From Myxococcota bacterium (GTDB lineage Bacteria; Myxococcota_A; UBA796; SXON01), in assembly GCA_040386535.1 (NCBI GenBank), contig JAZKFH010000023.1, forward strand, positions 79,873 through 143,872: a stretch of 64,000 nucleotides of DNA, given 5' to 3'. Position numbers and translations under genes: made by a program. Below the pieces are notes generated by a model, which saw only the letters and a program-made list of their open reading frames with translations, was not told the DNA's origin and made no database searches. Of this stretch, positions 37,306-46,798 are shown piece after piece. The first letter of the stretch is position 1. Every line of letters begins with the position of its first letter.

Positions 37306-37722
37306 ATGTGGGACCGGCTGTGGAGCGTCTTGGCGGTGGTCCTGCTGGGCGCGTGTCGACCCATGAGCGACGAGCGGGCGTTCCTAGCGGACGAGCTCGC
37401 GAGCACCTACAGCACGGCGGTTCGCGTCGATCTCCCGACGCCAGCAGGGGAGGGGGACGCGCCCCTGGCCGGGAGCCTCGGCCCCCCCGAGGTGATGGTC
37501 GAGCCGGAGATGCCCGGCACGACGACCATGACCCGCGAGGGCTCGAGCGGGCCCCCGATGCGGTCTGAGGCCGAGCCGACGCCACCCCCGTCTCACTCGA
37601 CCACCCGCCAATATCTCCGGGGGCACAGCCGCGACGCGCATCGGGTCCGCCCGGGCGTTCGAGGGCCCCGCCCCGAGCCGCCCCGCCCCGAGCCGGCGCC
37701 CGACTACTCGCCCGCGGAGTAG
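37306..37722 (+). CDS. Hypothetical Pro-rich lipoprotein
   Basis: VLLGAC lipobox; fills the gap between purC and a convergent gene; low-complexity body. Confidence 0.45.
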   Translation: MWDRLWSVLAVVLLGACRPMSDERAFLADELASTYSTAVRVDLPTPAGEGDAPLAGSLGPPEVMVEPEMPGTTTMTREGSSGPPMRSEAEPTPPPSHSTTRQYLRGHSRDAHRVRPGVRGPRPEPPRPEPAPDYSPAE

Positions 37723-38951
37723 ATCCCCCGCGCGAGGTACCCGTCCCCCGACACCCAGAAGGTCTCGCCGGAGATCGCCGCCGCGTAGAGCGGGGGCACG
37801 TCCTCTTCGCGTTCGGTCCAGGTCAGGCCCCCGTCCTCGGTGAGCGCGATGAACCCGCCGAGCGTGGCGGGCGGGTAGCGGTGCCCGACGGCGATCCCGT
37901 GCTGGCCGTCCGGGGCGAACACGACGTCGTGCATCACGTCGACCGTGCCGCCGAGGGAGATGTCGGTCCAGGACGCGCCTCCGTCGTCGCTCCGGTAGAA
38001 GAAGCCCGAGGCCTCGCTCGCGCGCTGCTGATCCCGCCCGCCGGCGAACCAGGTCAGCCCGTCATCGGGCGTCGAGAGGGCCCAGACCTCGCCCTGGAAC
38101 GTGTCGATGTCCGTGGCGTGGAAATTGAACCACTCGCCGTCCTCGTGCTGGCTCGGGCCGTAGAACACCGGCGGCTCCACGATCCGCGTCCCGGCGCCGT
38201 AGTAGGCCCCGCCCGCCGCCACCATGTTGAGCATGTAGTAGTAGGCGTACCCGCCGTCGTTCAGGTTCTCGTCCTCCCAGTAGCGATACTCCGCGGTCCA
38301 GGTCACGCCGTTGTCGGTCGACCGGGTCATGTCGCCCACGGTCTCGCTCGCGACGAGGATCGAGCCGTCTCCCGCCGCGGCGACGGCGCCGCAGTTGGAC
38401 ATCTGGGCCGAGCCCGGGTCGTTCGTGTTCGATCCGTAGGTGAGCAGCACGGTGGTCACGCCGTCCTGGAGCCGCCACAGGAGCGGGTCCGGGTCGGAGG
38501 AGTAGTCGTGGCCGCACACGAGCAGGCCGCCGCTCGGGTCGGGCACGATGCGATTGATGTAGAGGTCGTCGCCCCCGCTCGAGCCGTGCGCGGCGGAGAA
38601 GCTCTCGCCCGCGTCGCTGGTGGCCCAGAGCCCCATCCCGCTGCCGCAGCCGGCCCAGCCGGTGGTCTCGTCCTGGAAGTACAACGCGTAGGGGGTACCG
38701 CCGGAGCACGGATCGCCCAGCTCCCAGTACACGGGAGGCGGCTCGGGCTCGTCGGTGTCCGTGTCGGCGTCCGTATCGGAGTCGGTGTCCGTGTCGGTGT
38801 CGGCATCCGTGTCCGCGTCCGTATCGGCATCGGTGTCGGTGTCGGTGTCGGCCGGGGTGCCGGTGTCCTGCACGCCGGAGCTGGTGCAGGCCGCGAGGCT
38901 CAGGCCGAGGAGGGTCAGGAGGGAGAGGAGGACCGAGGGGCGAGGGGACAT
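37704..38951 (-). CDS. Lipoprotein with Asp-Thr linker and BNR/Ycf48-like beta-propeller
   Basis: LAAC lipobox; Asp-boxes TSDAGESF, STDNGVTW, TPDDGLTW, SDDGGASW, TEDGGLTW. Confidence 0.82.
   Translation of the reverse strand: MSPRPSVLLSLLTLLGLSLAACTSSGVQDTGTPADTDTDTDADTDADTDADTDTDTDSDTDADTDTDEPEPPPVYWELGDPCSGGTPYALYFQDETTGWAGCGSGMGLWATSDAGESFSAAHGSSGGDDLYINRIVPDPSGGLLVCGHDYSSDPDPLLWRLQDGVTTVLLTYGSNTNDPGSAQMSNCGAVAAAGDGSILVASETVGDMTRSTDNGVTWTAEYRYWEDENLNDGGYAYYYMLNMVAAGGAYYGAGTRIVEPPVFYGPSQHEDGEWFNFHATDIDTFQGEVWALSTPDDGLTWFAGGRDQQRASEASGFFYRSDDGGASWTDISLGGTVDVMHDVVFAPDGQHGIAVGHRYPPATLGGFIALTEDGGLTWTEREEDVPPLYAAAISGETFWVSGDGYLARGIYSAGE
38752..38850 (-). repeat. Asp-(Thr/Ala/Ser) dipeptide repeat
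   Basis: Encodes DTDTDTDADTDADTDADTDTDTDSDTDADTDTD. Confidence 0.85.
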
Positions 38952-39025
38952 GGGAGTGCTCCGGTGGCGACGCGGAGGCTAAGCACGAACCGTTCCATCG
39001 AATACACGGCGTTCGCTCGTCGGCA

Positions 39026-39070
39026 GGGTGACGGACGTCCGTCACCCCCGACCGACGTCCGTCACCCCCC
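39026..39070. repeat. REP-like palindrome with partial tandem copy
   Basis: Perfect 22-bp palindrome GGGTGACGGACGTCCGTCACCC (39026-39047), then GACGTCCGTCACCCCC again from 39054. Confidence 0.65.
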
Positions 39071-40676
39071 CTGACAGCCGTCGTCGCGCAAGGGTGTCCC
39101 AGTCGAGTCCGAAACGAGCGAGGTACTTCCGCAGTCGATCGGCATCGTTGACCGACGTGCGTTGGGCGCGCGACGCCGCGAACAGGGTGCGCCCGGCGTC
39201 GGAGAGGTTCCGCGCCGCGCGGCACACCCGGATGACCTCCGCGAGCTGCACGCGGTCGAAGCGATCGATGGGGGTGTCCCCGAGCAGCTCGGCCACCGGG
39301 TCGTCTTCGGGCGCGTCGGTTCGCACTTCCTGCGCCGCCCCGCCCGCCCAGGTGGCCCGCAAGCGGCCGATCTCCTCGTCGACCGTGTCCCGGTCGATGC
39401 GGGCGCCGGGCGCGAGCGTGCTCATGCGGACCACGGCGCCGCCGAGGTCCCGGAAGTTTCGCGGCCACGGCGCCGTCGCGGCGAAGGCGAGGAAGTGTTC
39501 CCGGGCCTCGCGGTTGAACGTCAACCGGCGGCCGCTGGCCCGACCGACCCGCTCCAGCTCGTGGTCCACGTTGGGCGGGATGTCCTCGGGGCGGTCCTTG
39601 AGGCCGGGGAGCGCGAACGACCAGAGGTCGAGGCGGGCGAGCAGATCCTCGCGGAAGCGCCCGTCCGCCACGGCGCGCCCCAGATCCCGGTTCGTGCCCG
39701 CGAGGAGCAGGAAGTCGCTCTCCACCTCCCGATCGGAGCCCACCGGGAGGAAGCGCTTGTCCTCGACGGCGCGCAGGAGCATCGCCTGCTCCTCGAGGCC
39801 GAGCTCGCCGATCTCATCGAGGAACAACACGCCGCCGTCGGCTTCGCGCAACAGCCCCGCGCGGTCGGCCACCGCGCCGGTGAAGGCGCCCCGACGGTGC
39901 CCGAACAGCGCCGCCATCGCCCCGTCGCCACGGAGCGTGGCGCAGTTCACCTCGACGAACGCGCCCTTCACGAGGCGGCGCGCCCGTTTTAGCTCCCAGA
40001 TCCGCCGGGCGAGCCGCGACTTGCCTGCGCCGGTGGGCCCCGTGAGCAACATGGGCGCGGAGGACCGGAGGGCGACCAGCTCGATGCGGTCGATGAGGGT
40101 GTTGAAGGCGGCGTTTCGGGTCTCGATCCCGTCTTTCAGGAACGAGGTCGCCTCCTGACGTTCGGCCTCGAAGCGGCGCGCCAGCCGGTCGTAACGCGAG
40201 AGCATGAGATCGATGACGCCGTACCGCCCCGCCGGCGTCCGCCCCGGGCCGGTCTGCACCAGCCGCGCGGGGAGGTGGCGCGATTCCACGAGGAGGAACA
40301 AGCAGATCTGGGCGACGTGGGTGCCGGTCGTGATGTGGACCAGGTAGTCCTCGGCGTCCGGGTCGAACGGGTACGCGCGCGCGAAGTCGTAGAGCGCGGT
40401 GTAAACGGCCTCGAAGTCCCAGGGATCGGGCAATTCGAGGGTGTGCAGGCGCACCTCCGTCTCGGAGCTCACCGTGCGGATGTCCGCCGCGATCAGCGCC
40501 GCGAGCGACGCCCACGGGGAGGGGTGCAGCACCTCGATGCGGCTCACCACGAGGTCGTCCTGGCGGCACAGGCCGACGGTGGGGCGCCACTTGTTCCAGC
40601 GCTCGGGGCCCCGGACGCCGCGATCGAGGTTGGTCCCGAGCAGGCCGAGGACGACGGTGGGGCGGGGTGTGTCCAT
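39042..40676 (-). CDS. rtcR: RtcR, sigma54-dependent regulator of RNA repair
   Basis: RWNKWRPTV, DPWDFEAVY, HITTGTHVAQIC, GPTGAGKS, GAFTGA, NDADRLRKYLARFGL. Confidence 0.96.
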   Translation of the reverse strand: MDTPRPTVVLGLLGTNLDRGVRGPERWNKWRPTVGLCRQDDLVVSRIEVLHPSPWASLAALIAADIRTVSSETEVRLHTLELPDPWDFEAVYTALYDFARAYPFDPDAEDYLVHITTGTHVAQICLFLLVESRHLPARLVQTGPGRTPAGRYGVIDLMLSRYDRLARRFEAERQEATSFLKDGIETRNAAFNTLIDRIELVALRSSAPMLLTGPTGAGKSRLARRIWELKRARRLVKGAFVEVNCATLRGDGAMAALFGHRRGAFTGAVADRAGLLREADGGVLFLDEIGELGLEEQAMLLRAVEDKRFLPVGSDREVESDFLLLAGTNRDLGRAVADGRFREDLLARLDLWSFALPGLKDRPEDIPPNVDHELERVGRASGRRLTFNREAREHFLAFAATAPWPRNFRDLGGAVVRMSTLAPGARIDRDTVDEEIGRLRATWAGGAAQEVRTDAPEDDPVAELLGDTPIDRFDRVQLAEVIRVCRAARNLSDAGRTLFAASRAQRTSVNDADRLRKYLARFGLDWDTLARRRLSGGVTDVGRG

Positions 40677-40684
40677 CGACGGGG

Positions 40685-40719
40685 TATCCAGCTGGAGCGT
40701 CACTATATCCCAGCAGATA
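40685..40719. promoter_or_regulatory. Putative RtcR upstream activator sites
   Basis: TATC-CAGCTG-GAGC (40685-40698) and TATC-CCAGCA-GATA (40706-40719), 21 bp apart (two helical turns). Confidence 0.55.
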
Positions 40720-40761
40720 AGAATCGCGGACGGATCGGTGCTAAGTAGTTGATTCCTCGAT

Positions 40762-40777
40762 TGGCACGCGCCGTGCG
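40762..40777 (+). promoter_or_regulatory. sigma54 promoter of rtcBA
   Basis: TGGCACGCGCCGTGCG has GG/GC at -24/-12 spacing; GGAGG RBS follows. Confidence 0.82.
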
Positions 40778-40800
40778 AATAGGGGGTGCAGGAGGCCACC

Positions 40801-42063
40801 ATGGCACACGACGCATCCGGCAAGACGGCAAACCACGAGACCGCGAACTACGAAACCTTCGACATCGAGGGCGGCAAGCACGTCAAGGCGTGGATCAAGG
40901 GCGTACCGTTCGACGAGAAGGCGCGCGTGCAGCTCGCCAACCTCGCGCGGCTCCCCTTCGTCTACCCCCACGTCGCCGTCATGCCCGACGTGCACGTCGG
41001 CATCGGCGCCACCGTCGGGAGCGTCATCGCCACGTTCGGGGCCATCGTGCCCGCGGCGGTCGGCGTCGACATCGGCTGCGGCATGGTCGCCGCACGCACG
41101 GACCTGCGCGCCGAGGACCTGCCGGACAACCTGTTCGGTGTGCGCTCGGCGATCGAGGCCGCGGTGCCGCACGGTCGGTCCGAGAACGGCGGCCGCAACG
41201 ACAAGGGCGGCTGGTCCGGCGGCCTCCCCACCGACGTGGGCGAGGCCTGGAAGGGCCTCACCGCGCGCCACGCGGTGATCATGGACAAGCACCCCAAGGT
41301 GCGGCACCCGCGCCCGGCCGGCCAGCTCGGCACGCTCGGCACGGGCAACCACTTCATCGAGTTGTGCCTCGACGAGAAGGGCGACGTCTGGATCATGTTG
41401 CACTCCGGCAGCCGCGGGCAGGGCAACGCGATCGGCACGTACTTCATCGAGCTGGCCCGTCAGGAGATGAAGCGCTGGTTCGTGAACCTCCCCGACCGCG
41501 ACCTGGCCTACCTCTCCGAGGGGTCGGCGTACTTCGACGACTACCTCGAGGCCGTGGGCTGGGCGCAGGAGTACGCGCGGACCAACCGCGACGTCATGCT
41601 TGCGCGCACGATCGCGGCGGTCGCCGAGGCGCTCGGTCGGCCCGTGATCGCGACGATGGAGGCGGTGAACTGCCACCACAACTACGTGGCGCGCGAGCAC
41701 CACTACGGGCGGAACCTGCTCGTCACCCGCAAGGGCGCCGTGCGGGCCGGCACCGGAGATCTCGGCATCATCCCGGGCTCGATGGGCGCGCGCTCGTTCA
41801 TCGTGCGGGGCAAGGGCAACGTCGAGAGCTTCTCGTCGTGCAGCCACGGCGCGGGCCGGACGCTCTCGCGGACCGAGGCGAAGAAGCGATACACGGTCGA
41901 GGACCAGGTGCGGGCCACCGCCGGGGTCGAGTGTCGCAAGGACGCCAGCGTGATCGACGAGATCCCCATGGCCTACAAGGACATCGACGCCGTCATGGCC
42001 GCGCAGGCGGATCTCGTCGACATCGTGCACACGCTCCGCCAGGTCGTCTGTGTGAAGGGGTAG
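40801..42063 (+). CDS. rtcB: RtcB RNA ligase
   Basis: MPDVH, VGVDIGCG, GTLGTGNHFIE, HSGSRG, HHNY, PGSMG, SHGAGR, DEIPMAYK, VCVKG. Confidence 0.97.
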   Translation: MAHDASGKTANHETANYETFDIEGGKHVKAWIKGVPFDEKARVQLANLARLPFVYPHVAVMPDVHVGIGATVGSVIATFGAIVPAAVGVDIGCGMVAARTDLRAEDLPDNLFGVRSAIEAAVPHGRSENGGRNDKGGWSGGLPTDVGEAWKGLTARHAVIMDKHPKVRHPRPAGQLGTLGTGNHFIELCLDEKGDVWIMLHSGSRGQGNAIGTYFIELARQEMKRWFVNLPDRDLAYLSEGSAYFDDYLEAVGWAQEYARTNRDVMLARTIAAVAEALGRPVIATMEAVNCHHNYVAREHHYGRNLLVTRKGAVRAGTGDLGIIPGSMGARSFIVRGKGNVESFSSCSHGAGRTLSRTEAKKRYTVEDQVRATAGVECRKDASVIDEIPMAYKDIDAVMAAQADLVDIVHTLRQVVCVKG

Positions 42064-42068
42064 TCATC

Positions 42069-43079
42069 ATGCTCTACATCGACGGCTCCTTCGGCGAGGG
42101 CGGCGGGCAGGTGCTCCGCACCGCGCTCGGCCTGTCCCTCGCCACGGGCACGCCCTTCCGCATCGACAACATTCGTGCCGGGCGTGGGCGCCCCGGCCTC
42201 TTGCGCCAACACCTCACCGCGGTCCGCACCGCGGCGACGGTGGGCCGCGCGGAGGTCGTGGGGGACACGCTTGGGTCGCGGGCGTTGACCTTCGTTCCGC
42301 GGGCCCTGGTCGCGGGCGACCACCACGCGTCGATCGGGAGCGCGGGCAGCGCGATGCTCGTCGTCCAGGCCGTGCTCCCGGCGCTGCTGGCGGCGGATCA
42401 GCCGTCGCGACTGGTGGTCGAAGGGGGGACCCACAACCCGTCGGCGCCCCCGTTCGACTTCGTCGCGCGGACGTTCCTCCCAATCCTCGCCCGGATGGGC
42501 GCCTCCGTCCGTGTCACGTTGGACCGCCCCGGCTTCTACCCGGCGGGTGGTGGGCGCGTGCTCGTGGAGGTCGCTCCCGCGAAGCTGGCTCCCCTCGAGC
42601 TCGTGGAGCGGGGGGCCGTGCGGGCCATCCGCGCGCGGGCCGTGGTGTCGGCGGTGCCCACGAGCGTCGCACATCGGGAGCTGCGGGTGTTGGCCGAGCG
42701 CTTCGGGCTCGATCGGGAGGCCCTCATCTGCGAGGACGTGCCGCGGCCCGTGGGGCCCGGGAACGTCGTGTTTGTCGAGGTCGAATGTGAGCACGTCACG
42801 GAGGTGTTCACGGCGTTCGGTCAGAAGGGGGTGACCTCGGAGGAGGTGGCGCGCGCGGTCGGCGACGAGGCGCAGGCGTGGATCGACACGGGCATGCCGG
42901 TCGGCGAACACCTCGCCGACCAGCTCCTGATCCCGCTCGCCCTCGCGCGCGGCGGGCGGTTCCGCACGGGGCCGGTGACCCTCCACACCACGACCAACGC
43001 CGAGATCATCGGGCGCTTCCTCGACGTGCGGTTCTCGTTCGACGAGACGGCGGTGGGGACCCTGGTGAGCTGCGCGTAG
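42069..43079 (+). CDS. rtcA: RtcA RNA 3'-terminal phosphate cyclase
   Basis: IDGSFGEGGGQVLR, PGLLRQH, GGTHN, GFYPAGGG, EHLADQL, LHTTTN. Confidence 0.96.
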   Translation: MLYIDGSFGEGGGQVLRTALGLSLATGTPFRIDNIRAGRGRPGLLRQHLTAVRTAATVGRAEVVGDTLGSRALTFVPRALVAGDHHASIGSAGSAMLVVQAVLPALLAADQPSRLVVEGGTHNPSAPPFDFVARTFLPILARMGASVRVTLDRPGFYPAGGGRVLVEVAPAKLAPLELVERGAVRAIRARAVVSAVPTSVAHRELRVLAERFGLDREALICEDVPRPVGPGNVVFVEVECEHVTEVFTAFGQKGVTSEEVARAVGDEAQAWIDTGMPVGEHLADQLLIPLALARGGRFRTGPVTLHTTTNAEIIGRFLDVRFSFDETAVGTLVSCA

Positions 43080-43093
43080 GGCGCGCCCGAACG

Positions 43094-43891
43094 CTACGCC
43101 TGCTCGGTCAACCACGCCTCGAGCACGGGCCAGAACCGGCGCGCCTCCTCGACCGGCGCCATGTGGCCCGCCCCCTCGAAAACGTGGAGGCGGGCGTCGG
43201 GCAGGGACTCGGCGAGGATGGCGCACACGCCCCGCGCGGCGCGGGGAGAGCGGGTGCCCGACATCACGAGGGTGGGGCAGGGGATCCGCCAGTCCTCGGC
43301 GCGCAACTTCACGCCCATCAACGCGCGCACCTCCAGGAAGGTCTTCCGACCGACCGCGGCGAGCGCCTCCTGCCGGGCGGGCGCCAGGCGGCTCCACGCT
43401 CCCGGCCCGCCCCAGTAGTCGACGAAGCGCCCAACCCAACGCGTGTCCCCGCCGGTCGTGGCGTCGAGGAACGTGCCGTCGTCGGCCCCGGCGAGATCGG
43501 CGCCGCCCTCGGCGTCGCGATCGACGAGCACGTGGAAGGTGACGGGCTCGTAGAGCGCCAGCGACCGCACGCGCGTCGGGGCTTCGCGCGCCGCGAGCAT
43601 CGCGAGGACGCCGCCGTAGGAGTGCCCGACGAGGTGGACGGGCGCGCCCGCGTGCTCGAGGACCGCGCGGACGATCGCGAGATCGGCCTCCAACTCGAAG
43701 TTGTCGCGGTCCGGCCACGGATCGCTGCCGCCGTACCCGAGCAGGTCAGGCGCGAGGACGCGGTGGGCGGCCGCGAGGCGGGGCACGATGGGGCCCCACT
43801 GTTGGGAGCTCAGGCCGGACGAGTGGACGAGGACGACGGGGGCGCCCTGGCCGCGGTCCAGGACGGCGATCTCACGGCTGTCTACCTGCAT
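43094..43891 (-). CDS. Cytoplasmic alpha/beta hydrolase
   Basis: LVHSSG, PDLLGYG, GHSYGG, GAGHMAP. Confidence 0.88.
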   Translation of the reverse strand: MQVDSREIAVLDRGQGAPVVLVHSSGLSSQQWGPIVPRLAAAHRVLAPDLLGYGGSDPWPDRDNFELEADLAIVRAVLEHAGAPVHLVGHSYGGVLAMLAAREAPTRVRSLALYEPVTFHVLVDRDAEGGADLAGADDGTFLDATTGGDTRWVGRFVDYWGGPGAWSRLAPARQEALAAVGRKTFLEVRALMGVKLRAEDWRIPCPTLVMSGTRSPRAARGVCAILAESLPDARLHVFEGAGHMAPVEEARRFWPVLEAWLTEQA

Positions 43892-43894
43892 GTG

Positions 43895-44350
43895 TCAGTC
43901 CGCCCCGACCGCATAGCGCACCTCGATCCGCGCGCCTCGGGCGGGGGAGCGCAGGTCCGAATGGACCGACCCCCACGGGAAGGTGTACCGCACGGGTCCG
44001 GGCTGGGGCGGCGGCGCGTACATCAGCTCGTGGACGCTGTTGGCGAACCACTCGCGCACGATCGCGTCCTGGTAGTCCTTCCGGGCCGTCTCCCAGGCGA
44101 GGGCGCCCTCGAGGCCCTCCACGGGCCGGCGGATGGCGTAGCAGAGCTCCAGCCAGGTCAGCTGGCCGCCAGGCATGCAGGCGGTCACGACGAGGGAGCG
44201 GCCGCGGGTGTCATCGGCCTCGCGCATCCACATGCCGCCGCCGCTCGCGCGCCAGTGGCGGCCGGGCTGGCCGTGGGGGTCGAAGTAGCCGGGGCCGGAC
44301 CCGATGGTCTCGTCCGCGAGCCGCAATACGCCGGTGTCGCGGACGATCAC
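43895..44350 (-). CDS. Hypothetical protein
   Basis: GTG start overlaps the upstream stop (GTGA) and the ORF ends 3 bp before the next gene; 151 aa. Confidence 0.55.
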   Translation of the reverse strand: MIVRDTGVLRLADETIGSGPGYFDPHGQPGRHWRASGGGMWMREADDTRGRSLVVTACMPGGQLTWLELCYAIRRPVEGLEGALAWETARKDYQDAIVREWFANSVHELMYAPPPQPGPVRYTFPWGSVHSDLRSPARGARIEVRYAVGAD

Positions 44351-45168
44351 CACAACACGGGGTTGGTGGTCGCTCCCCACCACGTGCCCGACAGCGCCTC
44401 GTTCTCCGTGGCGCGGCCGTTCGAGGACTCCATCACGAGCACGCGCCCGCCCGAGGTGAACCCGAGGAGCTCGCCATAGGCGTAGCCGAGGCCGTAGATG
44501 CCGGTGACGCCGATGGTGCCGCGGCGGCGCGCGGTGCCCGTGTCGGGATCGACCTGCACGAGCCCGTCGCCGCCGGTGACGGTCCAATACAACATGCCGT
44601 CGGGGAGGCCGATGATGTCCCCGGAGGTGTTGAACTCGCCAGCGCGCACGAGCGGCGTGAGCGCGCCGGTGCGGGTGTCGACGAACGAGACGGCGCTCCC
44701 CGCGCCGACGAGCCGCCCGTCCGAGACGAAGGTGAGGCCCGTCATCTCGTCGTCCAGCGAGGCCACGAACGTGCAGTCGGCGGTGGTGGGGTTCACGCGG
44801 TACAGCGACGTGTAGCTGCCGCCGTACATGATGCCGTCCAGGTCGATCGCGATGTCGGTCATCCCGCCGTCGACCGGGCGTGTGCCGTCCATGAACTCGC
44901 CGATGCGGGAGGCGACGCCGGTGGCGGGATCGTAGCTGAACAGCGTCGAGGATGTGTTGACGTACACCGCCTCGGTCGCGACTTCATCCGTGTCGGGAAC
45001 GATGACGGTGTCGGTGTCCTCGTTGCCGGCGGTGTCGGGGATGGTGCCCGTGTCCTCCGCGGGCGTGCCTGTGTCCTCGGTCGGCTCCGCCTTGGGCTCC
45101 TCCTCCTTGGCCGAGAGGTCGTAGTCCGAGCAACCAGCGAGAAGAGCCGTGACGAGGAACAATCGCAT
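44347..45168 (-). CDS. Lipoprotein, probable beta-propeller
   Basis: LLAGC lipobox, EDTGT repeats, blades MTDIAID / MTGLTFV / IYGLGY. Confidence 0.78.
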   Translation of the reverse strand: MRLFLVTALLAGCSDYDLSAKEEEPKAEPTEDTGTPAEDTGTIPDTAGNEDTDTVIVPDTDEVATEAVYVNTSSTLFSYDPATGVASRIGEFMDGTRPVDGGMTDIAIDLDGIMYGGSYTSLYRVNPTTADCTFVASLDDEMTGLTFVSDGRLVGAGSAVSFVDTRTGALTPLVRAGEFNTSGDIIGLPDGMLYWTVTGGDGLVQVDPDTGTARRRGTIGVTGIYGLGYAYGELLGFTSGGRVLVMESSNGRATENEALSGTWWGATTNPVLW

Positions 45169-45312
45169 GGGGGGATCCGGCGCGGCATGCGCGCGTTAGA
45201 AGCGTCGGCCTCTGGAGGGGTCGTTGCGAGCACGTGTAATACGTCGACCGCGAGCCCGGCGCTCGTCCACGTACGTTGGCGGCGCGGTTCTCCAGACAAA
45301 GGGGGATTGATC

Positions 45313-46788
45313 TTGGGGGCGGACGAACTGAAGCACGAATGTGGCGTATTCGGGATCCTCGACGATCCGGACGCCGCGCGGCTCTGCTACCTCGGGCTGC
45401 ACACCTTGCAGCACCGAGGGCAGGAGGCCGCGGGGATGGTGTCGCGCCGTGACGGCGCGCTGCAGGCCCACCTCGGCGCCGGACTCGTGCAGGAGGTGTT
45501 CGACGAGCCCGCCCTCCGCGCGCTCGAGGGGGACGCGGCGATCGGGCACGTCCGCTACGCAACAACCGGGGGGAGCGACTCCCGCAACATCCAGCCCTTT
45601 CTCGTGCGGACCAAGGAGGGGCAGATCGCGGTCGCGCACAACGGCACGCTGACCAACGCCGAGGCCCTCCGTACGGAGCTCGAGGAGCGCGGGTCGATCT
45701 TCAGCTCGACCTCCGACACCGAGGTCATCCTCCACCTGCTCGCCGCAAGCGACCAGAAGACCTTCATCAACCGCCTCGTCGACGCTCTTCGGCGCGTCGA
45801 GGGCGCCTACTGCCTCCTGTTCCTCACGGCGCGGCGCATGGTCGCGGTGCGCGATCCGCACGGGTTCCGCCCGCTGGTGCTCGGGCGCCGCGGCAACGCC
45901 TGGATCGTCGCCTCCGAGACCGCCGCCATCGAGTTCGCCCAGGGCCAGGTCGTCCGCGAGATCGAGCCCGGCGAGATGGTCATCCTCGAGGACGATCGGG
46001 TCGAGTCCATCCGCCCGTTCCCCCGCCAACCCCGCCGCGCCTGCATCTTCGAGCTGGTGTACTTCGGCCGCCCGGACACCACGTTGTTCGGCCGCGAGGT
46101 GTATCCGGCTCGCGTGCGCATGGGCGAGATCCTCGCCCGCGAGTTCCCGGCCAAGGCGGACATCGTCATCCCCGTGCCCGACAGCGGCACGCCCGCCGCG
46201 CTCGGGTTCGCCCGCCAGAGCGGCCTGCCCTTCCACCTCGGCCTCCTCCGCAGCCACTACGTGGGCCGCACGTTCATCGAGCCAAGTCAGCGCATCCGGG
46301 ACTTTGGCGTCCGCCTCAAGCTCCAGCCGGTCAAGTCGGTCGTGCAAGGGCGGCGGGTCGTGGTGGTGGACGACTCGATCGTCCGCGGCACCACCTCCCA
46401 GAAGATCGTGCGCATGCTCCGCGAGGCCGGCGCGGTCGAGGTGCACATGCGCATCTCGAGCCCCCCGATGACAGGCCCCTGCTATTACGGGATCGACACG
46501 CCGAGCCGCGAGGAGCTGGTCGCGCACCGCATGGACGTGGCGCGCACGCGCGTCTTCCTCGACTGTGATTCGCTCGCGTACCTCTCGATCGAGTCCCTGC
46601 GAGAGGCGGTGCAGGAGGACGGCACCCGGATGTGCGATGCGTGCTTCACGGGGAACTACCCCGTGCTGCCGGTCGAACCCAAGCCGCCGGCCCAGCTCCC
46701 GCTCTTCCAGGCGCCGTCGGATCTGCCGCCCGACGCGCTGCTCGACGAGTCGCAAGCGGCGGAGCCGCGCGGGAGGCTTCTGCTATAG
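45313..46788 (+). CDS. purF: Amidophosphoribosyltransferase
   Basis: [52 protein letters not shown] start inferred. Confidence 0.96.
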   Translation: MGADELKHECGVFGILDDPDAARLCYLGLHTLQHRGQEAAGMVSRRDGALQAHLGAGLVQEVFDEPALRALEGDAAIGHVRYATTGGSDSRNIQPFLVRTKEGQIAVAHNGTLTNAEALRTELEERGSIFSSTSDTEVILHLLAASDQKTFINRLVDALRRVEGAYCLLFLTARRMVAVRDPHGFRPLVLGRRGNAWIVASETAAIEFAQGQVVREIEPGEMVILEDDRVESIRPFPRQPRRACIFELVYFGRPDTTLFGREVYPARVRMGEILAREFPAKADIVIPVPDSGTPAALGFARQSGLPFHLGLLRSHYVGRTFIEPSQRIRDFGVRLKLQPVKSVVQGRRVVVVDDSIVRGTTSQKIVRMLREAGAVEVHMRISSPPMTGPCYYGIDTPSREELVAHRMDVARTRVFLDCDSLAYLSIESLREAVQEDGTRMCDACFTGNYPVLPVEPKPPAQLPLFQAPSDLPPDALLDESQAAEPRGRLLL

Positions 46789-46798
46789 TCCCCGGCCC

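Noticed and set aside
40749..43079. 776-aa ORF suggesting an RtcB-RtcA frameshift fusion
   Set aside because: rtcB ends normally (VCVKG*) and rtcA has its own ATG 5 bp later. The upstream part is an Arg-rich shadow frame.
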